Shown: positions 1-11,376, counted from the first letter of the stretch. The stretch: 64,000 nucleotides of DNA from Syntrophomonas sp. (GCA_028693695.1 JAQUUV010000001.1:959-64958), one strand, 5' to 3'. Numbers and translations are program-made. Notes: generated by a model from the letters alone, not told the origin.

Positions 1-763
1 CCCTGACTTCTATGATCGGAGTGACATCGGGAGCAAAGGTCTCCGCAGCTTCTCCGCTTATGTACAGGTAGTTGTCGTCGGGCAAAGTATCGTTGGTTCG
101 AAAAGAAAAGGTATAATCCTCGCCTAAAACCTCACCACCTGATGACTTCAGACCCTTATCGACGGTAACCTTATAAAGGGTGTTGGGCTGAAGCCCATCC
201 GGGACAAAAACCCAGGTCTTTCCGTGTTTTTCAAATTTCCCGGCAACAACCGGTTCTATCTTAAAGCTGTTCTGGATATCTGCAACATCCAGGTAAGACA
301 GGCTGATTTCTATTCCAGTATTGACAGGAACTATTTTGGACTTGTCGGCGGGAAGTGTCTGAGTTACCCGAAAGACATTCTCAGTCTGGAAAGCCCATGA
401 ATAAGGTTGGACAGTATCAATCTGCTTAAAGCTTACAATGGAATCAGGTTTCAGCTTCTCATCAAACTTCAGAATATATTGATTACCGGACTGATGTTTA
501 AGTGTATAGTTGATTGCCGGTGCCACCGCAATGCTATTTCTGACCTCTTGCTCGTTTATATGGTCCGAACATTTAAGCATAAACCCCGTATCGATCTTCA
601 CTCCATGCCCGGTAGTATTCAAAGCGCTTACTTCTACAACCGTTCCGGAAACCGAATTTGCTCTGAAAACTGTAATGTAATAGACCGCCAGCCCCGTTGC
701 TGCCACTACTATTAATGCCAGGGTTATACAGAGCTTTTTGTTCATTATAATTTTATTAAGCAT
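1..763 (-). CDS. Membrane-anchored Ig-like (Big_5/SbsA-type) domain protein, N-terminal part; the ORF runs off the window start
   Basis: My own minus-strand translation (open-ended, so absent from the ORF track). ATG at 763 follows a GGGGGGAGA RBS. The product starts MLNKIIMNKKLCITLALIVVAATGLAVYY (signal anchor). It continues TQTLPADKSKIVPVNTGIEISLSYLDV..FKIEPVVAGKFEKHGKTWVFVPDGLQPNTLYKVTVDKGLKSSGGEVLGEDYTFSFRT, the bacterial Ig-like pattern seen at the N-terminus of alpha-2-macroglobulin-like or S-layer proteins. Confidence 0.6.
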   Translation of the reverse strand, partial: MLNKIIMNKKLCITLALIVVAATGLAVYYITVFRANSVSGTVVEVSALNTTGHGVKIDTGFMLKCSDHINEQEVRNSIAVAPAINYTLKHQSGNQYILKFDEKLKPDSIVSFKQIDTVQPYSWAFQTENVFRVTQTLPADKSKIVPVNTGIEISLSYLDVADIQNSFKIEPVVAGKFEKHGKTWVFVPDGLQPNTLYKVTVDKGLKSSGGEVLGEDYTFSFRTNDTLPDDNYLYISGEAAETFAPDVTPIIEVR

Positions 764-792
764 GGGTTTAATTTCTCCCCCCCATCACTTTC

Positions 793-1725
793 TTATTTGG
801 TGTTTTCTATTATTTGCCTACGCTCTTGACCGAGTTCCAATAGTCTTTGACTGCTTTGCTCCTTCATCAGGTTCAGGTCATGAATAATTGCCTGTACCTT
901 ACGTTGCAGCTGCTTGGTGCGAGTCTGGGCATCGTTGATTTTAAACTGAACGATTGCATCGAATAATAACCCATCCAGAAAGAAATCGGCAAATGTTGCT
1001 AATCCGCCGATTTGAATGGTGTCATTCGTGGGTTTGACATCAGCCAGTTCCCGCTGAAATTTGCGCAGCAGCAGCTGAGCCTGGTCTATTTCATTCCTGG
1101 CATCACTGATGTGTGAATGCTTTATCGCAGTGGTTAGAAGACCTCCCCCCAGCAAGTCAAAGGCACCCCAGCCTTCAGCGCTGCCCAAGCTTTTCTGCAC
1201 CTTAGAGAATGCTTTCTCCACCTTCTTACCGGCTTCAATTGCTTCTAGCAGTTCTTTTACCTCGGCTTTTAAGCGGCCCAACTGTTCGGCCATCTCAAAC
1301 AGGTGCTGGGCCTCAGATCCACCAGAGCGCAGCAAGTACTCTTCCTTGTCCTGTACCGCCTGCTGGTATTTAGTGTCCAGATCACCCATGTCGGCCAAAT
1401 TGTTGTCCATTCCAGTTAGATCTGCTTCAAGTGCTATCAGGGCAGCATTTGCTTCATCATACTTAAGCTTGGCGATAAGATATTCCTCCTGCTCTTTGCG
1501 TTTGGCCTCTTCCTTCGTTCCTCTGAGGCTATGCCAAAGATTAAGGAGTGTAATGCCGTCTAACCTGTCCACATCTCTGCTTTCCAAAGCCAATTGTCTT
1601 TGCAGTTGATCCCTAAGATTTTTCTGGCTTTGAATTAGATTAACGGTTGCTTCTCTGCGATGAAGCCACTTTTCTCTTTCCTGTACTAAGCGTACCGCCT
1701 CCGTTAAGCGTTCATGCACATTCAT
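793..1725 (-). CDS. Coiled-coil protein of unknown function
   Basis: Long ORF rich in E/K/Q/L heptad-like sequence, with one Gly-rich hydrophobic patch (GWGAFDLLGGGLLTTAI). AGGAGGAG RBS lies 7 nt before the ATG at 1725 (the ORF track starts at TTG 1731). The gene ends 29 nt upstream of the Big_5 gene on the same strand. Confidence 0.6.
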   Translation of the reverse strand: MNVHERLTEAVRLVQEREKWLHRREATVNLIQSQKNLRDQLQRQLALESRDVDRLDGITLLNLWHSLRGTKEEAKRKEQEEYLIAKLKYDEANAALIALEADLTGMDNNLADMGDLDTKYQQAVQDKEEYLLRSGGSEAQHLFEMAEQLGRLKAEVKELLEAIEAGKKVEKAFSKVQKSLGSAEGWGAFDLLGGGLLTTAIKHSHISDARNEIDQAQLLLRKFQRELADVKPTNDTIQIGGLATFADFFLDGLLFDAIVQFKINDAQTRTKQLQRKVQAIIHDLNLMKEQSSQRLLELGQERRQIIENTK

Positions 1726-2067
1726 TAGCAAACTCCTCCTTGCCCGTTAACTCTGGTGTTTATTTGGGGTAATCTATGTATAGTATTATTAAAAACAAAA
1801 TCACAAGTCACTGTTCTTTTATTTGCCATATTGTATGAATGCAGTCCAATAGATTGTGGATTATTGTCAATAACCATTCCTCTGATACATTGAATCGTTT
1901 AACAATCCGACTGCCTATCCTATGAATAATGGGAGGTTCAAGTCCTTGGCATTATTAGCCTACCGTACCGGGCACAAGCAAATATGACAATGCGCAGTCT
2001 GTTAAAGCACTCGACAGGGATAGGGAGAGAAGCTAGGATTATGTTGCTTCAAATCTTATCTCTTTCT

Positions 2068-2400
2068 TTACGATTTTTCATTCAGTATAGAAGTGATGTC
2101 ATTTACGAATTCAATTGTCTTCCTTTCAATATGCTTCATGAGTTCTGCAGAATGATCAAAATCCGGCTGCTCAGCCAGGGTAGACTCAATAATGGAATCC
2201 ACTCCCGGAAAAATCTGCGACAGTTTATATTTACCTAAATTTTTGCCGCTCAAAAGCTTGATATACTCAGCTTGGATCTTTCTGTTGCTTCCACCCAGCC
2301 AAACTTCGAATTTACCTAGTTCATGCAAATATACGATGGCAATCTTTAGTTTCTTGTTTTTCAAATCGGACGGTGTAAAAGAGAAATATGTCATATCCAT
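2068..2400 (-). CDS. Hypothetical protein, possibly the C-terminal part of a frameshifted gene
   Basis: 110-aa ORF. Overlapping upstream ORF 2321..2530 in another frame carries a Cys motif (APCGMNCRLCISYQ), so the two may once have been one gene. A truncated paralogous copy of its 3' half lies at 59959..60106. Confidence 0.5.
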   Translation of the reverse strand: MDMTYFSFTPSDLKNKKLKIAIVYLHELGKFEVWLGGSNRKIQAEYIKLLSGKNLGKYKLSQIFPGVDSIIESTLAEQPDFDHSAELMKHIERKTIEFVNDITSILNEKS

Positions 2401-2662
2401 ATAGCTGAAATCCTTGCTTGTTTAAATCGTTTTTCATCGCCTGATAACTAATGCATAATCTGCAATTCATTCCACAGGGAGCGATAAGCTTTTCTATCAT
2501 TTTTGACCTCATTACCTCATAATGAGACACATTCTCATTATGAGCCTAATAGAAATTTGGATAATGGGAGGTTTTTCAATGTTGACAACAACCCCGTCCC
2601 CCTGTCAATTCTCTGCCGGGGGGAGACAGATAATTATTCTTACTTCAGCCTCCATTGCAAAC

Positions 2663-3106
2663 TCAATACCTATGCGATTTGTTTTGCTCCTGGTAGAACT
2701 CCTCCACACCGATCTCCTTCATTCGCTGGTTAAATTTCATCCACCGTTCCTTTATTTGGATGTCAATCTTTTTGTCGCAGGGGAATTCCTCACACTGGAA
2801 GCAGAAATCCACTCCCTTTTCCCGGGTTCATGTACCTGCAACGCACTCGATAGGGCAGAGTACATTATTCCCCCGGCACCCGCTGCAAGCAGCCTGGGCG
2901 AATGACTGCAATACTTCTTCAAACTGGGGGTAGCCGGCAAATACCGGATTGATATCCGCTTTCACTCTGGCTACACGAGTGTAACCGCTTAAAAATTCAA
3001 CCAACCTGGCACTAAGTTCCTTGATCTCCCCGCTGACGTAATCGGCGCAACGGGAGCAGTCCAGTCCGCACGGAGCAAGCCGCGCCGCCGTTTCTTTACC
3101 GTCCAT
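2663..3106 (-). CDS. DUF3795-like Cys-rich protein with an in-frame TGA (candidate selenocysteine, or a nonsense pseudogene)
   Basis: ORF 2828..3106 (APCGLDCSRCADY..CSGCRGNNVLCPIECVAGT) stops at the TGA at 2828..2830. The same frame then continues for 54 codons: TREKGVDFCFQCEEFPCDKKIDIQIKERWMKFNQRMKEIGVEEFYQEQNKSHRY, ending at the stop at 2663..2665. That is the expected C-terminal half of this family. Confidence 0.6.
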
Positions 3107-3280
3107 ACCTCTACCTCCTAAAAATCATATAAAACCAGGACATTAATATTATCGGTAATTTTAGGCCTTGGATGAGTTTTTACGCATATAAATAAACTGC
3201 AAATCCTTAGTAACTTGTTCAGTTTTGTATTCTTTATGCTAGAGCTTTTTGGGCGAACTCCTGATCATTTTTCAGTCTTT

Positions 3281-3526
3281 CTATAAATGTAGATCTTTCA
3301 ATTTGAAATATATCTGCGAAAGTTCATTACCCCCCGACACACTATCTAAATCATTGTCACTTAACTCCTGTCCAGCCATCTTAAGCTCACTTGCTGTAAA
3401 ATCAAAACCAGCTTCCCGTTCGAATCTCATTCGCTCCTCTGTATCTGTGCAAGCTAGGGCTTTTTGGGCGAACTCCTGATCATTTTTCAGTTTTTCAATA
3501 AATAACCTTGCAGATTCAATACTCAT
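3281..3526 (-). CDS. Nif11-like leader peptide with a double-glycine motif (RiPP/bacteriocin-type precursor)
   Basis: MSIESARLFIEKLKNDQEFAQKALACTDTEERMRFEREAGFDFTASELK matches the Nif11 N-terminal leader pattern. It is followed by LSDNDLDSVSGG and a short tail, NELSQIYFKLKDLHL. Confidence 0.55.
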   Translation of the reverse strand: MSIESARLFIEKLKNDQEFAQKALACTDTEERMRFEREAGFDFTASELKMAGQELSDNDLDSVSGGNELSQIYFKLKDLHL

Positions 3527-3877
3527 ACCAATACCTCCATACTTTACTATAATGTGGATAGTTAAATTCTACCACAAGTTAATTTTTTGATGGCAATATC
3601 TGTACTATTATTACTGATAATGGGTTGACTGGATATAGTCTCTTCCCTCGCTGAATCACTGATACCTTGCAGCATAGCTGTTTTCGGTGTAGCATTTCCA
3701 GGTGTTTGTTCAAAATTACTTCCAGAGAGTATGATGTTGCGTATAATTAACAGACTGCGTCGTACTAAATACAAATAATTAGTATCTCATTACATATTTC
3801 CAATCTTCGTATTATTAGCCTAATCAGCTGTTTGCTTGAACTATGCATTATGAAGAATTTCGGGCAGCCCTAGTGTC

Positions 3878-4147
3878 ATGCTCATTTTTTTACCAAAATG
3901 GCCTTCAGGAGTATGGCATCAAGTAATCCATTTTCTTAAATGGGTAATAACATTTTCAGTGGTAGAATGGGTTTTATCTTTATTTGGAGAATTCACTTAT
4001 TATAACGGTTGGAATATCTGGTTTTCAGTTTTATTTGATTGTGTGATGTTTTCAACACTCGTGCTTCATCATAAACGACCACTATTAGCTTGGCTAGTAT
4101 CCATAGGGGTAGGTGCTGCAATCTTATATTCTTTCATATTCCTGTGA
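3878..4147 (+). CDS. Small integral membrane protein (possibly a truncated gene)
   Basis: 89-aa ORF with 3 hydrophobic segments. A short out-of-frame ORF just upstream suggests N-terminal decay. Confidence 0.35.
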   Translation: MLIFLPKWPSGVWHQVIHFLKWVITFSVVEWVLSLFGEFTYYNGWNIWFSVLFDCVMFSTLVLHHKRPLLAWLVSIGVGAAILYSFIFL

Positions 4148-4170
4148 GCTAATCCTGATAGACAATTTGA

Positions 4171-4740
4171 TTATTTAAGTAGGTCGTGTTGTCCTTCATC
4201 ATTTTTGCCCTGAGTTATACCTTCAAAAGAGTTAAAGAAAACTGTATCATTAATATCATAACGCTTGCCATGTAATTGATGTGGAGCTGAATCACTTCTT
4301 GGATAACCTATTGGAAGAAGTGCTACTGGAACAAGATATTCTGGTAATTCCAAGTTTTTTTTGATAATATCAGCATTAAAATGTCCTACCCAAGTGCTAC
4401 CTAATCCTAAGTCCGTAACTTGAAGCATCATATGAGTTGTGACAATGCTGGCATCAACAACTCCCATGTCTACTTTATCATAAGGCCTTTTCCAGCTAAC
4501 TGTGAAATCATAGCACACCAGCAATACTAGAGGTGCATTAAAATGATAAGGTGTGCATGATTTTAATTTAGTCAGGCTGTCTTCATTATCAATAACGAGT
4601 ATTCGTTGTGGCTGATAATTATCAGCCGTTGGAGCAACTCTACCAGCTTCTAAAATCAAATCTAATTTTTCTCTTTCTACTTTTTTGTCGCTAAATTTTC
4701 TAACTGCATGTCTTTCTTTTGCTAGTTGTAAAAAATTCAT
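4171..4740 (-). CDS. Nitroreductase family protein
   Basis: 189 aa. N-terminus AKERHAVRKFSDKKVEREKLDLILEAGRVAPTADNYQPQRILVI is typical of NAD(P)H-flavin nitroreductases. Confidence 0.85.
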   Translation of the reverse strand: MNFLQLAKERHAVRKFSDKKVEREKLDLILEAGRVAPTADNYQPQRILVIDNEDSLTKLKSCTPYHFNAPLVLLVCYDFTVSWKRPYDKVDMGVVDASIVTTHMMLQVTDLGLGSTWVGHFNADIIKKNLELPEYLVPVALLPIGYPRSDSAPHQLHGKRYDINDTVFFNSFEGITQGKNDEGQHDLLK

Positions 4741-5198
4741 ATTACCATCTCCCTATTTCAAAATGTTTCTGATAGATAGGAATTTACTTTTTTACCCTTC
4801 TCAGTATATCACTGGTTGATGTCGTAACCCTATTATTATCAAATATTACCCATGATATTATCCCTTATATGATTTGAACTGGTAACATAGTAGATTTAAG
4901 TGGAAAATAACCTGAGTATTGACAAGTAAAACCATTATCGTATAATGCAAATTTAGGGGCAGCCTGGCTGTTTCGGCCGTCTGCCCCAAAAAAATACCGC
5001 CTTATTTTACATCAATTTGGACTTTACACAAAGTTCGGGATAGACCCCATCTAGGGCTTGGTTCGCTTCTTTTGTCCGTGACGTGATAAAGAAAACGGCC
5101 AGCCACTAATCCTAATAGATCGCAGATTGGATCTCACACAGTCTGCCGTCCCTATGCTTCCCTTTTGCTTCCTTTTTACTGTTTGTTTTGTATTTAAG

Positions 5199-5558
5199 TT
5201 ATACTACAGGTTCAACTGGAAAATTCATTGTGTTCCAAGCACCTATTCCACCCGATAGTTCTAATACATCATATCCGTTTTCAAGAAGTATTATTGCAGC
5301 TTTTGCTGCCATGTTACACCATACTTCCCAGCAATAAACCACTACTGTTTTATCTTTAGGTATCTCACCAATTCTTTCTTTTAATTGCGATAAAGGGATA
5401 TGCTTTGCTCCAGCAATTTTTTGCTTCATAGCTTGTGGTGGAGCATTCCTCACATCAACAATCACAAATGCCTCTGGGGTAGCTTTCAATGCCTGCATAT
5501 ATTCCATTGGGCTGATCGTGGCTTCTATTTTTGCTTTAAAGAAATCCAACTTACTCAT
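5199..5558 (-). CDS. Rhodanese-like sulfurtransferase domain protein
   Basis: 119 aa. IVDVRN..HIPLSQL..VVVYCWEVWCNMAAKAA..GGIGAW has the rhodanese layout with an active-site Cys loop. Confidence 0.8.
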   Translation of the reverse strand: MSKLDFFKAKIEATISPMEYMQALKATPEAFVIVDVRNAPPQAMKQKIAGAKHIPLSQLKERIGEIPKDKTVVVYCWEVWCNMAAKAAIILLENGYDVLELSGGIGAWNTMNFPVEPVV

Positions 5559-5769
5559 AACTTTCCTCCTTTGATAATTTATTAATTAGATTCAAAAACA
5601 AATTTTCTTCTTTATTGTCCAAGGCGGATAGAATTTTGTCTTCACATTTCTTCATTGACTCCCACAATGAGCAAATCATTTCATCACCTTGCTTAGTCAA
5701 TTGCAGACAATAGGCTCTTCTATCACTTGGATGTCTACTCCGCATTAGCAACTGCTTTTCTTCCAGCAA
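5551..5769 (-). pseudogene. MarR-family regulator, N-terminally truncated
   Basis: Only the wing and C-terminal helix remain (LEEKQLLMRSRHPSDRRAYCLQLTKQGDEM). The HTH part is missing and no in-frame upstream sequence exists. Overlaps the rhodanese start by 8 nt. Confidence 0.5.
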
Positions 5770-6008
5770 ATCAACAAATATTCATCATATGAGATTATAA
5801 ATGCCATAATAGCAGCTATAGGGCTGAACACCAGACCTATGCAGATAAATAATTTTACTGTATTCATTAGTGTTCTTCTCCAACTTTTACCTACTGAAAG
5901 GCTTCAACAGGCAAACGTCCATGCACATATTTCCAGTATTTTTGCTGTTAATCCAAGCATCAAAGACTACTTTCTCTTTCTTTATCAATCCGCGAAAGCC
6001 TGTCATCG

Positions 6009-7676
6009 CTACAAACTCTTCTTTTCCAAGTCTCTAAATTTATATTCGATGCTATTGATCCTTTGCTGAATATAGGCACTGTCACCTCTTTGCTCGGTCA
6101 GCAGCGTTTCGATCAAATTGATTTCCTGGTTCATATAGGTCAGAGCTTGGGCAATTAGATTATCGATCTCATTATTAATTTTTTGGTTTAGATCCGAGGT
6201 CAGGCGATGCAGGTTCTTATCGACTTCTTTGGGGATCTGGCGGACGAAATGGCGCCGGAATATATTTCGGAGGAAAACCATCGGGAACAGAAACCACAAT
6301 AGGTCCAGATGGAAATCGAAGGCCCGGCTTACCGAAATATCAGGCCGTTCCAGCTCACCGATGTTGATCTCCCATTGTTCCAGCTGGGGCTGCACCCCTA
6401 GAACCTGCTCCAGGTTGTGGCTCAGTCTTTCCCGAAAAGACTTCAGGTAAAAAGCCAGGTGCTTTTTGACCGTACTCAATAGTTCAAAGGACTTTTCCTC
6501 GTTGAGTAAAATCTCTTGCAGTTCGGAATGCAGCGACTGATTAAGCCAGTGCTCAAACTGCCGGGTTACGACATACAGATTACCTTTCCATCCACCAAAA
6601 GCTCTCGCGTATTCCTGGCTGAGCTTGGTTTCCAACTCCTTGCGGAAGCTATCCAGATAGACCTTTATATTTTCGCGAGTCTTCTCCTTATAACTGCCGC
6701 TGATCAGCAAAAGTTCGCGCCGGACAAAGGGCGAGTTTAAATGCTCATCCAAAATAGTCGCCTTAAGTTTACCTTTTTCCGAATCCTGTTGCAGGGAGGC
6801 CTGATAGGATATGTTCAAATAGGTGAGGCAGCTATTGGCCAGCGAGCCAATTTTATGCCGCAGTATAGATGCGTATTTTTTATCCCGATTAAGGGCAAAA
6901 GGCTGAAATATTCTTTGTTCCAGTTCGGTATTATAACGGCAGGTATCCTTATATGCCGAATACCTGAGGATTGGGAAATCCTGATTAAAAGCATTGCGAA
7001 GTACCTTTGCAATAAATAATTCGATTTGCTGCAGATGGTCCTCAGTGAAAAGATCAGTTTTGGTGATCACGATAGCAATCTCGGGGGAATACAGATAGAT
7101 CTCTTGCAGAAGACCGAGTTCATTTTCGGATATCGGCCTTTCCGCACTGATGACGAACAAGACCCCACCGGTTTCCGGGAACCAGCTGGTGGTGGTTTCG
7201 GTATTGTGCTGCCATACGCTGCCAATGCCCGGAGTATCCACCAATCTTAGGGCCTGAATATTCTGCAGAGCCGGCACCTCCAGATCGAGCACCCTAACCT
7301 GCTTGATATTACCCGGGTTGCCGGACTCAGAAACATAATCCGGGATAGCTTGGATGGCAATAATTCTAGTGTTGCCATCCAAGAAAGTTACAGTCGCTTT
7401 CTCTTGTTTACCGTATCGTATGCGGCTAATTACGGAGGTAACTGGGATATCGCCCACCGGCAACAGATCTTTATCTAAATAGGCGTTAAGAAAAGAACTT
7501 TTGCCAGCCTTAAACTGACCCAAAACCGCCACGTCCAGATATTGGTTCTGGTCGGCAAAATTATTAATGCTGCGCAGAGTTATAAGCAGGGAATGCAGTT
7601 TGAAATCAGCACACACGGACTGGATTTCGGCCAGCAATTCCTTGGCCTGGGTTATAATATTAGGTTCTATGGCCAT
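6009..7676 (-). CDS. Dynamin-family GTPase (bacterial dynamin-like protein)
   Basis: 555 aa. G1 GQFKAGKSSFLNA, G3 DTPGIGS, G4 TKTD, then a long helical stalk-like C-terminus. Confidence 0.85.
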   Translation of the reverse strand: MAIEPNIITQAKELLAEIQSVCADFKLHSLLITLRSINNFADQNQYLDVAVLGQFKAGKSSFLNAYLDKDLLPVGDIPVTSVISRIRYGKQEKATVTFLDGNTRIIAIQAIPDYVSESGNPGNIKQVRVLDLEVPALQNIQALRLVDTPGIGSVWQHNTETTTSWFPETGGVLFVISAERPISENELGLLQEIYLYSPEIAIVITKTDLFTEDHLQQIELFIAKVLRNAFNQDFPILRYSAYKDTCRYNTELEQRIFQPFALNRDKKYASILRHKIGSLANSCLTYLNISYQASLQQDSEKGKLKATILDEHLNSPFVRRELLLISGSYKEKTRENIKVYLDSFRKELETKLSQEYARAFGGWKGNLYVVTRQFEHWLNQSLHSELQEILLNEEKSFELLSTVKKHLAFYLKSFRERLSHNLEQVLGVQPQLEQWEINIGELERPDISVSRAFDFHLDLLWFLFPMVFLRNIFRRHFVRQIPKEVDKNLHRLTSDLNQKINNEIDNLIAQALTYMNQEINLIETLLTEQRGDSAYIQQRINSIEYKFRDLEKKSL

Positions 7677-7730
7677 GGTTTGATCACCCTCTTTACCGCT
7701 CCGATCAACTTAGGGACCCTAATTTTACCT

Positions 7731-9050
<1,320 letters not shown>

Positions 9051-9865
9051 CTAGGCTTGGAGCTAGATAAATGCAAAAATAAAGACTCCTATCCCAAAAG
9101 ATAGGAGCCATTAGCACAGCTGTTTCGCATGGTATGCGAGGTGAGCTCCATCACCTGTACAATATATAGTTAATCTTAGCTTATGCAAAATTTTATAAAA
9201 GACTAAGGAAATTATATCACTAACATCCTCTGTTTTACATGCATAGTTTATTTGCCTAAAATCTCTTTTACCTCAACTCCAGTCATGAATACAAAAGTTG
9301 CTTCAACCAAAATTTTATGCTGACCTTCTCAATCAGTCTTCTAAATATTTGTTCGTTGAACCGCTCAAGTAGAGACTTCCGCGTTGCAGGAACTGCCTTA
9401 ATTCATCTATCCGCTATAACGATTATCTGCTAGGGACTACCTTTCGTTAAAAGGTTTATGAATCGTTAAATTTTGCATACCCTTCAAGATGGCCTATTTA
9501 TAGGGATTTGGTATATCCAGTGTATGCCTCCTCTCGTTTAAATTTTACCGGATGCCAAGAATTAGCTAAATGGATAATGACTGTCGGTATACCCGGCAGC
9601 AGTGTCAATACCTAAAATGTTATGATCAACCCAATTATCCCTTAATCTTTGCATCAAGAAACTTCTTGCGTATACTTTCTTCTATTGTTTGTGGTAATCC
9701 TGCTAATGCCATGTACTCCTCGCTGTGCTCATCTATTCTTGGTTTATGGCTACCGATAGTCGTGGTATTTTGCAGCTAGTTTTATCTATTCTTCACTATT
9801 CTCTCCTATTCCGGCTACTCCAGGGCTAAAATGCACATTATTAGCTTAATATGCTGTTTGCTTGA

Positions 9866-10319
9866 ACTGGGCATTCCTACGTATGCAATTGCCGTAGCGC
9901 TCCAATAATCGATAAAAATTTCGTTATTATTGACTTAGAGCTTATTAAATCGATTTCACTGAAGGAAATATACTCTTTCATTGCATACTGTCAAATAGAC
10001 CGAATGGTCTCAACTGGCACAAGGGCAAGAAGGATTGTATCCATTCGTCAATTTTGGAAATATTACAACCAGAGCAGTCCAGAATGTTGTTAAGAAATAT
10101 GTTATTGCATCCGGACTCAATCCGGCCGCAATATCTACCCATAAACTTCGGCACACGGCAGCAACGCTTATGTATAAATACGGAAGAGTGGATATCCGTT
10201 CTCTTCAACAAATCCTTGGTCACGATAGTATCGCTACAACTGAAATCTATACTCATATCGATGATCATCAGTTACAATCTGCAGTCAATTCTAATCCACT
10301 TGCTATGATGTTCAATTGA
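9866..10319 (+). pseudogene. Tyrosine recombinase (XerC/D-like) with an internal deletion
   Basis: 9866..10070 encodes a core-binding-domain piece (DLELIKSISLKEIYSFIAYCQIDRMVSTGTRARRIVSIRQFWKYY) with no start codon. ORF 10035..10319 encodes only the catalytic C-terminus (HKLRHTAATLM..LGHDSIATTEIYTH). The first half of the catalytic domain is absent. Confidence 0.65.
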
Positions 10320-10351
10320 TCTCCGCATATGTCGGAGAAGCAGGAGTCCCT

Positions 10352-11365
10352 TTAGTCACGTCTGTTTTTGTGAATCAATCGAAAAAGTGAGGTAGGGATC
10401 AGCCCAGAGCGCTGCTCGGGCAAATCGCTGGCATCGCTTTTGACCAAATGCAGCAGTATGTCCTCCAGACTGTTTTCCTTGAGACCAAAGGACAGTACAT
10501 TAGCGTTGTTGGCCACGGCCTCCTTCATGATTCGGGGACGCAGATCTTCGTTTTTGATCGCATTGATATCCAATTTGGCTCCACTGACTTCTACCTGGTT
10601 AACACCAGGGATGCTTCGTAAAGCTTGAACCACCAGTTGATTCGACTCAGCCATCACCATTTCTATATTTAGACTGTCACTGGCAGTGCTGCGTAGATGA
10701 TCGATAGTATCCATGGCTACCAGATGGCCGTGGTCAAAGATGCCAACCATATCGCAGATGGCTTCCACTTCCGGCAGTACGTGTGAGGACATCAGTACGG
10801 TTACTTCCTTCTCCTGACGCAGCCGCAGGATTAATCCCCGCATACTCTTCGCGCCCAGTGGGTCCAGCCCCAGAGTTGGCTCATCAAGGAAAAGGACCTG
10901 GGGTTCGGATAGCAAAGCCTGGGCCAAACCCAAACGATGCCGCATCCCCCGAGAATAGCCTCCAACCAGAACATTTTTCTTATCCGTTAGTCCAACCAAT
11001 CCCAGTACATAATCAATGCGCCGGTTCTGGTCATTTACCGGGACATCCAGCAGGCGGCACACATAGCGCAGGGTTTCCAGGGTGGTCTTGCGGGTATAAA
11101 ACGCTGGGTTTTCGGCCACATAGCCTATATGGGAGCGCACTTTCATAGGTGCTTTCACTACATCGCAGCCTGAAATTACGGCTGTACCACTGTCCGGCCG
11201 GATTAAACTCACCATCATTTTAAAAGTGGTGGTCTTGCCAGCCCCATTCAATCCTAATAGGCCGAAAGAACTACCCTTATGGACCTTAAAACTTACATTG
11301 TCCACTGCTTTTAGTTGTCCATACCATTTACTTAGTCCTTGAACATCAACTGCAAAATCGTTCAT
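10352..11365 (-). CDS. ABC transporter ATP-binding protein (ABC-2 exporter type)
   Basis: Walker A GLNGAGKTT, signature YSRGMRHRLGLAQAL, Walker B LFLDEPTLGLD. Confidence 0.9.
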   Translation of the reverse strand: MNDFAVDVQGLSKWYGQLKAVDNVSFKVHKGSSFGLLGLNGAGKTTTFKMMVSLIRPDSGTAVISGCDVVKAPMKVRSHIGYVAENPAFYTRKTTLETLRYVCRLLDVPVNDQNRRIDYVLGLVGLTDKKNVLVGGYSRGMRHRLGLAQALLSEPQVLFLDEPTLGLDPLGAKSMRGLILRLRQEKEVTVLMSSHVLPEVEAICDMVGIFDHGHLVAMDTIDHLRSTASDSLNIEMVMAESNQLVVQALRSIPGVNQVEVSGAKLDINAIKNEDLRPRIMKEAVANNANVLSFGLKENSLEDILLHLVKSDASDLPEQRSGLIPTSLFRLIHKNRRD

Positions 11366-11376
11366 CTTGCTTCCTC

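Noticed and set aside
407-715. Plus-strand ORF 407..715 and many similar 60-170-aa ORFs (e.g. 1109..1609, 8256..8627, 8473..8742, 10783..11148, 15122..15628, 16525..16860, 17019..17366, 23501..23869, 33689..34135, 39441..39860, 46530..46847)
   Set aside because: Each is antisense or out of frame within a longer ORF with clear family motifs. None has an RBS or a recognisable motif.
2559-2733. A conserved small peptide MDN(G/Q)(R/E)FF..D(N/D)NPVPLS(I/L)L encoded at 2559.. and at 60711..60824
   Set aside because: Similarity stops right after the hairpin, and the 2559 copy starts with TTG. The stem arms differ while remaining complementary, which fits a structured DNA/RNA repeat better than a coding constraint. 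ORF 2503..2733 also runs antisense into the DUF3795-like gene.
4956-4994. The GGGGCAG..CTGCCCC hairpin as a terminator for the rhodanese or nitroreductase genes
   Set aside because: The run next to the stem is A7 on the plus strand. On the minus strand the T-run precedes the hairpin, so it does not fit an intrinsic terminator in either direction.
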